Part shown: piece by piece, positions 48,815-57,030 of the stretch
How the letters are laid out: each line of letters begins with the position of its first letter
How positions within the stretch are numbered: position 1 is the stretch's first letter
NCBI GenBank assembly: GCA_008632985.1
Contig: QPGO01000019.1
Coordinates: 806,001-863,030 of the forward strand
Length of the DNA: 57,030 nucleotides
DNA from: Psammoneis japonica
Lineage: Eukaryota
Direction of reading: 5' to 3'
Notes under the pieces: model-generated
Database searches by the model: none
Seen by the model: the letters and a program-made list of their open reading frames with translations, nothing else
Told to the model about the DNA's origin: nothing
Program-made: the position numbers and the translations under genes

Positions 48815-51300
48815 TGGGGTTCTCTAATGTGCTGAGCACCTTTGGCACTGACAAGATTCTGTTTTGTCTTGCCTGGCCTGCAAAGCTCGACGATGCAAGC
48901 TTTCGCTTTCACTTCATCGGTGCGGTTGGCATTTTTCTCGTGAGCCAAAAAAGTCGAGATTGGCATTTTCAATGGCTGAGGTTGCAGCTGACCTCACTTG
49001 CCGTTAAAAAACAACGGGCCATTGGGAACATGCCGATGCACGCTGTGCGCACAGTCTTTGCCCAAAACTCCATTGTGGAGAAAAAGGTGGGCGTCGTCTT
49101 CTCAGTTGATGGTCTGAGCCTGCGAGCTAAAGACCAGATGGCATGGACCAGCCTGCTGTTGTTTGGTGATTGGGGTTTTGTGCAACCCTAAATTCAAAAA
49201 AACTCAAACGGGCGTAAGCCGAAGCACCGCAGGCGCGGCAGGCAGCCCATTTGAGTTTTTTGCCGGAGTTGAGTCATTGCTGCAATTGGCAAGTCATTGG
49301 CTCAGAGCTCCGGTGACAGCAGCTCAATGTGTTGTGAGACCTGGTGTCCTTCTGGTTCATCAAGACATGTTTTCATTGAGGCGTCTCTCAAATTTCGTGG
49401 TCACGAGCATGCTGTCACAAATCTGTCAAAGCCAGAGTGCCAAGCCAGTGTGTCGTTGTATGTGCATCAGATCGATGCTCGCGGTGTGCCTCTTGGGTGG
49501 TGTTCCTTGTGGAAGAACAGGACTGAGCTCGAATTGTTGGTGGGCGTGGTGTCTGGTTGCTGGGGGCGTTGATCCATCCGCTCTGCAGCTTCCATGAAGA
49601 GATGACGGATGGTGTTTTGGTCGTGACCTCTTGCGACGAGTCTCTTCGCAAAGTTTTCTGCGGCGTTGGTGTGATCGCGTGCGTCAGAATTTTGCGTGCA
49701 GAACCATCGCAAGTTTCCATGTGTGATGCTCTTCAGGACTCCTTGTGGGTGGGCGGAGCTGGAAGGTGTGCACAAAAAAAGATTCATTGGTTTTTGGTGA
49801 GTTTTTGCAACAATGCATCCGTCTTCTCCAATCTTTGTTTCCAGGTCCAGGAAGATTGCAGAGGCAGAAAGTGGGGAGGCAACCCATTGAAGGGGGCCTG
49901 AGTTGTTAAGCTCGTTTTTGAAAGCTTCCCAGGCATCTCCACTGTTTCCAGTCCATGCTCCAAGTGTGTCATCAATGAACCGTCCATGGTGCAGGAGGTT
50001 CGGGGTGAAGTTTTTCGTTGTCACTTGCCGTTCATGCAGCGCTTTGTGCAGTGTGGTGCACATGCAAGCGGTGCTTGTGCCCACAGCCGTTCCGGTCGTC
50101 TGCAGCCAGAAGGTGTCGTCAAATTGTGTGATGTTGCTGGTCATGACGACCTTCAAGGTTTCCAGAAAAAAGTGTTTTGGGAAGGCTTCTGGTGTCTCGT
50201 CAGGGCATTCTGAGAACCAGGTTTCAAATGCTTGGAGTGCATGATTCGCATCAATGTTGGCACACATGCCCACTGCATCAACTGTGAACAGTCGTGCATC
50301 TGGTGGCAGCTCTTTCAAGGCTCGTAGGTCGGCGAGGACTTGGCATGAGTCTCGGATGAAGGACCAGGAGAGTGCAAGCAGCTGTTTCATTTTATGATCA
50401 AGCCAAGTCGAAAATGTTTCATTGAAGCCACCGACACAACTGACGATTGGCCTTGTTCTCCAGGGTGAGTTGTGGACTTTAATGGTGACATGGAATTGGG
50501 GGACGCGGTGGGGCAGTTTGAAACTTCTGGTGAAGCAAGTGCATTCTGCGGCACTTAAAATGTTTTTTGCTTCATCACATGCTTTCTTGAGCTTTTCTTT
50601 TGCATCCGCTGGGAGTTGGTCTTTTTTCTCCAGAGGCAGTTGTTGGCAGTTCCGCTTGTTCAGCAGATGGTCTGTCAAGGCTCTTGACATGCAGGTTTTT
50701 CGCTCAAGGATTGCGGGCCCAAGATTTTTGTTGCTGAGGCATGCAATGAATCTCCTGTCTGCCTTCAGGGTTTTTAAGAGGCGGCATTGCATGGGTGTGA
50801 GGTTGCAGCATCTTCGGCCGGCCACAGCTGGGTGGCTCGTGCATTCAACTTGTGCTGCAAAGTCCATCATGCGGAGTTCGAGGTTGCCTTTTTCTATTTT
50901 GGGTGGGTCCCAGTTTGACTTGATGCACAGTCCTGGAATGCAGTCATCACCCGGGGTTTGGGCATCTGCGCTCGTAAGGAAATGTCTAAGGTGCATTGAT
51001 CGACAGAGCTGGTCCATGCTTTCCTCAATTCTTGGGCTTGGTTTTGGTGTTTCGATGCAGCACTTGTGTCCAAGGCCAAGCAGCGTTGTGAGTCCCAGCA
51101 GGGGTTGCATGGTTGTGCACAAATTGTGGCAGGCCAAGTTGTCAGGTTGGTTGAAGCAGTCGGGTGCTTGCATGTTTCCGAGTGCACTGGCTGCGTTCTG
51201 CCAGGGGTTTAGATTTGGGTTTGGTGTGAACCCAAATGTGCGCTGGCAGTGATTGTTGGCGATTGTTTCAGTGGTGTCAATTGGCTGTTGGGTGTTCTGG
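48815..51300 (-). mobile_element. Penelope-like retroelement, 5'-truncated minus-strand arm
   Basis: NKNLGP, RPIVS, DAVGMCANI (for D..SMY.NI), QFDDTFWLQ..GTAVGT, RFIDD, FLDL, KTHQKPMNLFLC.P..SAHP, RPRNLRD. Reverse complement of 51815..54313. Confidence 0.88.
48870..48931 (-). ncRNA. Hammerhead ribozyme-like motif (type I), mutated core
   Basis: Minus strand reads tgccaaccgca-ccgatga-agtgaaagc-gaaa-gcttgcatcgtcgagc-tt-tgcaggccaggca; the core reads CCGATGA instead of CTGATGA. Confidence 0.6.
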
Positions 51301-54300
51301 TGGGATGCCTTTGAAGAAGCAACACTTTGCTCACAACGGCAAATTAACCACGAGCGTGAGATGGCACAAGCAAACGCCAGAGTTGCCGCGGTGTGGTGCT
51401 CTTGCCAGAAAAAGGAGGCAGCGGAAGCAACGGCTGCAGCTCTGGAACAAGAGCCAACTGCAACACCGCCCCTCCTCAGGCAGGCAGCATGCAAAGAGAC
51501 AGAAATTGCAAACAAGGATGAGAAAAAGCCACAAGGCAAGAACAAGCAAAAAAAAAAACGCAAAGGGCGACCGGAAAGCCCCACCGGCAGTGCAAAAACA
51601 AGGCCCGAGAAAGAAACGCCCAGCAGCACAAAAAGAAAATGGTCCGCCAAGCAAGAAATGAAGATTCGAAAGAAACTGCAGACAAAACAAAGGCCCTCAA
51701 GACAACAAGAGGAAAAAAGGCCAAGGAAATGCAAAAGGACCTCGAGGCGCACAGCGCAACGGCGGGCAAAGCAACTCCAGAAACAAGAAAACAGGCGGCA
51801 GGTGCAAATGACCTGCCAGAACACCCAACAGCCAATTGACACCGCCGAAACAATCGCCAACAATTGCTGCCAGTGTACATTTGGGTTCATGCCAAACCCA
51901 AATCTAAACCCCTGGCAGAACGCAGCCAATGCACTTGGAAACATGCAAGCACCCGACTGCTTCAATCGACCTGACAACTTGGCCTGCCACAATTTGTGCA
52001 CAACCATGCAACCCCCGCTGGGACTCGCAATGCTGCTGGGCCTTGGACACAAGTGCTGCATCGAAACGCCAAAACCAAGCCCAAGAATTAAGGAAAGCAC
52101 AGACCGGCTCTGTCGATCAATGCACCTCAGACATTTCCTTGTGAGTGCAGATGCCCAAACCCCGGGTGACGACTACATTCCAGGACTGCACGTCAAGTCA
52201 AACTGGGACCCACCCAAAACAGAAAAAGGCAACCTCGAACTCCGCATGATGGACTTTGCAGCAGGGGTTGAATGCACGAGCCGCCCAGCTGCGGCTGGCC
52301 GAAGACACTGCAACCTTGCACCCATGCAATGCCACCTCTTAAAAACCCTGAAGGTAGACAGGAGATTCATTGCATGCCTCAGCGACAAAAATCTCGGGCC
52401 CGCAATCCTTGAGCGAAAAACCCACATGTTAAGAGCCTTGACAGACCATCTGCTGAACAAGCGGAGCTGCCAACGACTGCCTCTGGAGAAAAAAGACCAA
52501 CTCCTGGTGGATGCAAAAGAAAAGCTCAAGAAAGCACATGAGGAAGCAAAAAACATTTTAAGTGCCGCAGAATGCACTTGCTTTGCCAGAAGTTTCAAAC
52601 TGCCCCACCGCCTCCCCCAATTCTACACCACCATTTAAGTCCACAACTCACCCTGGAGAACAAGGCCAATCGTCAGTTGTGTCGGTGGCTTCAATGAAAC
52701 ATTTTCGACTTGGCTCAATCATAAAATGAAACAGCTGCTTGCGCTCTCCCGGTCCTTCATCCGAGACTCATGCCAAGTCCTCGCCGACCTACGAGCCTTG
52801 AAAGAGCTGCCACCAGATGCACGACTGTTCACAGTTGATGCAGTGGGCATGTGTGCCAACATTGATGCGAACCATGCACTCCAAGCATTTGAAACCTGGT
52901 TCTCAGAATGCCCTGATGAGACACCAGAAGCCTTCCCAAAACACTTTTTTCTGGAAACCTTGAAGGTCGTCATGACCAGTGACATCATGCAATTCGACGA
53001 CACCTTCTGGCTGCAGATGACCGGAACGGCCATGGGTGCAAGCACCGCTTGCATGCAAGCCACACTGTGCAAAGTGCTGCATGAACGGCAAGTGACAACG
53101 AAAAACTTCACCCCGAACCTCCTGTGCCATGGACGGTTCATTGATGACATGCTTGGAGCACATGGACTGGAAACAGTGGAGATGCCTGGGAAGCTTTCAA
53201 AAACGAGCTCAATGACTCAGGCCCCCTTCAATGGGTCACCTCCCCACTTTCTACCTCTGCAATCTTCCTGGACCTGGAAATGAAGATTGGAGAAGACGGA
53301 TGCATTGTTGCAAAAAACGCACCAAAAGCCAACGAATCTTTTTTTGTGCATGCCTTCCAGCTCCGCCCACCCACAAGGAGTCCTGAAGAGCATCACATGT
53401 GGAAACTTGCGATGGTTCTGGATCGAAGAGACTCGTCACAAGAGGTCACGACTAAAACACCATCCGTCATCTCTTTGTGGAAGCTGCAGAGCGGACAGAT
53501 CAATGCCCTCAGCAACCAGACACCACGCCCACTGACAATTCGAGCTCAGTCCTGTTCTTCCACAGGGAATGCCACCCAAGAGGCACACCGCGAGCATCGA
53601 TCCAACGCGCATGCAACGATGCACTGGCTCGGCACTCTGGCTTTGACAGACTCGTGATGGCACACTCGCGACCACGAAATTTAAGAGACACCTTGATGAA
53701 AACACATCTCGATGAACCAGAAGGACACCAGGTCTCATGATGTGTTGAGCTGCTGTTACCGGAGCTCTGAGCCAACAACTTGCCAATTGCAGCAATGACT
53801 CAACTCCGGCAAAAAACTCAAATGGGCCACCTGCCGTGCCTGCGGTGCTTTGGCTTGCGCCCATTTGAGTTTTTTTGAATTTAGGGTTGCACAAAACCCC
53901 AATCACCAAACAACAGCAGGCTGGTCCATGCCATCCAGTCTTCAGCTCACAGGCTCAGACCATCAACTGAGAAGACGACGCCCACCTTTTTCTCCACAAC
54001 AGAGTTTTGGGCAAAGACTGCGCGCACAGCATGCATCGGCACATTCCCAATGGCCCATCATTTTTTAACAGCAAGTGAGGTCAGCTGCAACCTCAGCCGT
54101 TGAAAGTGCCGATCTCGACTTTTTTAGCTCACGAGAAAAATGCCAACCACACTGATGAAGCGAAAGCGAAAGCTTGCATCGTCAAGCTTTGCAGGTCAGG
54201 CAAGACGAAATGGAGTCTTGTCAGTGCCAAAGGTGTTCAACACATTGCAGGTTGGGCAAGACGAAGTGGAGTCTTGTCAGTGCCAAAGGTGTTTGGCACA

Positions 54301-54313
54301 TTGGAGAACCCCA
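51301..54313 (+). mobile_element. Penelope-like retroelement, plus-strand copy with longer basic 5' region
   Basis: Same RT motifs (SDKNLGP, GTAMG, RFIDD, SAHP, RPRNLRD). About 55-bp internal deletion near 53420 and a ~49-bp tandem duplication at ~54190..54300 relative to the other arm. Confidence 0.88.
54141..54202 (+). ncRNA. Hammerhead ribozyme-like motif (type I)
   Basis: CTGATGA at 54152; short stem II gc-gaaa-gc; GAAA; stem III gcttg/caagc; UH; interrupted stem I tgcc...aca / tgc...ggca. Hammerheads are an established feature of Penelope-like elements. Confidence 0.72.
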
Positions 54314-54319
54314 GTGCCA

Positions 54320-54496
54320 TTTGTGACTCGCAACACACATTTTCAGTTTGCTGCGCATGCACACTGCTGTTGCCCCTCACAATTTGCTGCTGTGCATGAT
54401 GTTTCTCACACAGGAGCCAATCCAAACAACAACAAACTGATCAAACAAAGATGATGAAATCCTCTTCATTCTTCCTTTTTGTGACAGGGAAGGCAG
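54320..54496 (+). repeat. Right copy of the ~176-bp direct repeat
   Basis: Matches 48631..48806 with a few substitutions and a 1-nt indel. Confidence 0.92.
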
Positions 54497-54939
54497 TTCC
54501 CATGTGCTGGTGCAGGGACAATGAGGTGTGCCAAATTGGAGATTGTTCAAGCGTGTGAGAGGATGCAAGCTCTGCCAGGGGTTTCTTCCCTGGCACATGT
54601 TTGCACCTTTTCCAAACCCCCAAAAAGAGTGTGCCAAAGATGCCAGTCAAACCAAGTTGATTTGTTGGGATGGAAAAGCCATCATGTCTGCCACAGCATT
54701 CCAAGGCAAGAGTGGGTTGCCTGCAGCATTGCTTGCGGGCCCCTGGGCAAGTTTGCCCAGATCAGCCAGCTTGCTCATTTTTTTGTCAGGCCACAGCCAG
54801 CAGCCTGGATTCTCTGGTGACTGGGGGACTGTGCTGCCCCACCCTGAAGGCTGGGAGAAGGCAAAAAAAGTGGACAAAAGCAGAGCAAGAGTTCTCTTTA
54901 GATCAAACAACAGCAGTTGATGCACAACTCTGCTTCAAT

Positions 54940-55019
54940 GTTGCTTCCTTGTGCAAATCATCATGAAGACAGCAACAAGACCCGCTGGACACTCCAGAAA
55001 AGAAGCAGAACCAGAATTG
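54940..55019 (+). pseudogene. Duplicated fragment of the helicase gene 5' end
   Basis: Colinear with 9350..9429 (aaatcatcatgaagacagcaacaag...cagaaaagaagcagaaccagaattg), encoding MKTATRP...RKEAEPEL. Confidence 0.85.
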
Positions 55020-55229
55020 ATCTGCCATGACACCACCAGCCAGCAACTTTCTCTGCCCAGTCAGCTGGGCTGCAACATGGGAGATGCTGGCAGCATGGCC
55101 CAGTCCAACGGAGCAGCAACAAGACTGCACACAGTGTTTTGCCATTTGATGCACAGGCGCCGTCAATGGCTCAAATGCATTTAGTTAAAATTGATGGAAC
55201 ATGCAACAGGATCAGCCAGATCACATGCT

Positions 55230-57030
55230 GCAGTGTTGAAGCCCGTGCCCCACACATGAAACTTTGAGGAGATGCTGCCCTTGCTTCATCACAACAGCAA
55301 CCAGTGGATCATTTGAAAAATGAAGACCAAAGAACTGCCTGTCATTGTTGGAAGATGTGCTGCAGCAGATCTTGCAAATGAAGTTCTCCACATGGTGGGC
55401 AGACACATTGATGCCAGACCTCACGTTCAATGCCACTTTCAAATGCTTCGGCATTTTGATTTACAAAGTTGAGACAGAAGCAGACATGTGTCACTGTTCA
55501 TGGACCCACATGATTGGTTTGGATTTCTCTGCACTGAGCTCTGTTGCGCAATGCTTGGGAAACATCCCAACCATGCTGTGAGTTCCAAGCATGTGCATGA
55601 CCCCAAGATTGCTCAATTGATTGAACCTCTTCTTTTCTGCATTGCAAGCAACACAAATGCAAAGGAGAAGTTGGAGTCAATTTCCCTGGGTGAGGGTGAT
55701 TCCCAACCATGGGTCTTCAGAACATGCTCGATGCAGGTGCAGGCATTGATCGTAACTGCATCATCATTCTGGATGATGCCAACACTGTTGAAACTCATGC
55801 AAAGGCCAAGGCACTTGAAGGGGGGGATTCTTCAATTGCCAGTTGGAGTTGTTTCCCAATGTGATCATGTGTCTTGATGGCAATGTCATCGGCCAGCGCA
55901 GCAAGGGCAAAATGGTCAACTTGGTGGAGGAGCAGCACTTTGGTGCCATTGCAGAGGCTGGAGCACGTGCATTTGTTGTGCACAGTGTTCCAGAAGAGGA
56001 GCTTGGCATCAGCAAGGATGGCATTGATGTGCTTTTCCCAAAGTGCGCCACTTTCAGGGTGTCCTTGTGGGGGGTGAAGGAGTGGCAGGAAGTGGGTGGG
56101 GTCAAGATCCTCCCAAATTGCTTTTTGCACCATTCACGGCAGGGGCGGTGTTGGTCGCCACAAAGATGGGATGTGTGGGGCGTGGCAAGTGTGCACCACA
56201 TGCATCCTGAGCATCACCTCCAAAGATGCAGCAGCAAAGTCCAGCACTGAGTGCAACAAACATTTGTTGTGTGGCTTGTTCAACACAGGCAGAGGCATGT
56301 CAAGGCAAATTTGCACAGGGTGGGTGCCGCTTTCCATGATCCATCCCCCCATTGTCACTGGCAGCTTTCTCCAGTTGTCTTCATCTGACATTGCCAGCGG
56401 GTTGCATGACAGCAGCGCCTTCAGGACAAGGTTGGGGAGGTCCATGCATGCCAAGTGCATGAAATTGGTCAAGTTGCTTGTGTCAGTCAGCTTCCCATTT
56501 GAGCCATGTGGAGAGCTCCTGCAGTTGGCAGCGGGTGAAATGATCAAGTTCCACCTCTTCATCAGTCATGACAACACATGACATGGCATTGATGTGTGTG
56601 CAGAATTGTCCATTGGGGCGATGTCTTCTGAGAAGTCATCCTTGGGATGTGGGATGGATGCAACAATTTGCACTTTGGTGAGGGACGCTTCAAGGATGTT
56701 CTCATCAATGAGATTGGCCTTGGGGGTGAAGCATTGATGTTCATCCATTGCTTGATGCAAGGCGGGGAGTCCAGGTGACATTTGGGTGCAAAGTGATTTC
56801 AAAAGTCAGGATTTCTTCCTGGAAAACTTGGCGCAGTGTGTGTTTGGCATTGTCCATGGCAAAGACTTTGTGCTTGTTGATCAACACAATGCATGTGCCA
56901 ACAATCTTGTTCCATGTGGCTTGAGGAGCAGAGAACAGGGCCAAGGTGGGTGACTGATCTTTGACGCCAGATTGCAGACTCTGTCCATCAAGTTGCAGGT
57001 TGAAAGGACAAGTCCATGTGTCCAGTCTTG
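55230..57030 (-). mobile_element. Degenerate Ty1/copia reverse transcriptase remnant, a different family from the intact element; runs off the window
   Basis: QGHPESGALWEKHINAIL, LLHQVDHFALA (for RQVDDF) and FNSVGIIQ...CIEHVLKTHGW (for FNGVDI.Q...YI..L..HGW). Confidence 0.8.

Noticed and set aside
49467..52100. 877-aa minus-strand ORF as a single novel protein
   Set aside because: It is read-through across the palindrome centre: antisense of the plus arm and spacer fused to the minus-arm RT.
1..57030. Hundreds of overlapping Cys/His/Gln/Trp-rich ORFs in the repeat domains
   Set aside because: Loss of TA removes TAA/TAG stops and Tyr codons on both strands, so long open frames arise passively. 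They are not evidence of novel genes or of an alternative genetic code; the real genes here use TAA, TGA and Tyr normally.
1..57030. CRISPR arrays, rRNA, tRNA or prokaryotic operons
   Set aside because: No repeat-spacer array or recognisable structural RNA gene was seen, and the sequence is intron-containing eukaryotic DNA.

Overview
Eukaryotic genomic DNA, most likely from a pennate diatom. The evidence is short GT-AG introns, bipartite plastid-targeting presequences, DUF6824-type proteins and diatom-style copia elements. Islands of ordinary genes alternate with repeat-derived domains that cover about half the window. The genes include a full-size ABCG/PDR transporter, an Hrq1/MrfA DEAH helicase, a DUF6824-TAZ protein, a plastid SET/LSMT methyltransferase, a MYND finger protein, a fibrillin-like protein, a CRAL-TRIO-like/DUF6824 protein, a sulfatase and a bacterial-like hypothetical protein. 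The repeats include a near-intact Ty1/copia with both LTRs and a TSD, a CRE-like non-LTR element, an inverted pair of Penelope-like elements with hammerhead ribozymes, degenerate DIRS-like and copia remnants, and a MITE. The main observation is that the repeat domains have lost almost all TpA dinucleotides through directional TpA->TpG/CpA change (A-to-G in TpA context), the reverse of fungal RIP. Five internal comparisons show it: 5' vs 3' LTR (10 of 14 TpA lost in one copy), the TSD, the two Penelope arms, a duplicated gene fragment, and conserved Tyr residues of RT motifs turned into Cys/His. It appears position-dependent, outpaces CpG decay and tends to spare TTAA. This suggests an uncharacterised transposon-directed adenine hypermutation system, but the mechanism is inference only. 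Scattered 1-nt frameshifts in otherwise intact genes are probably assembly indels.
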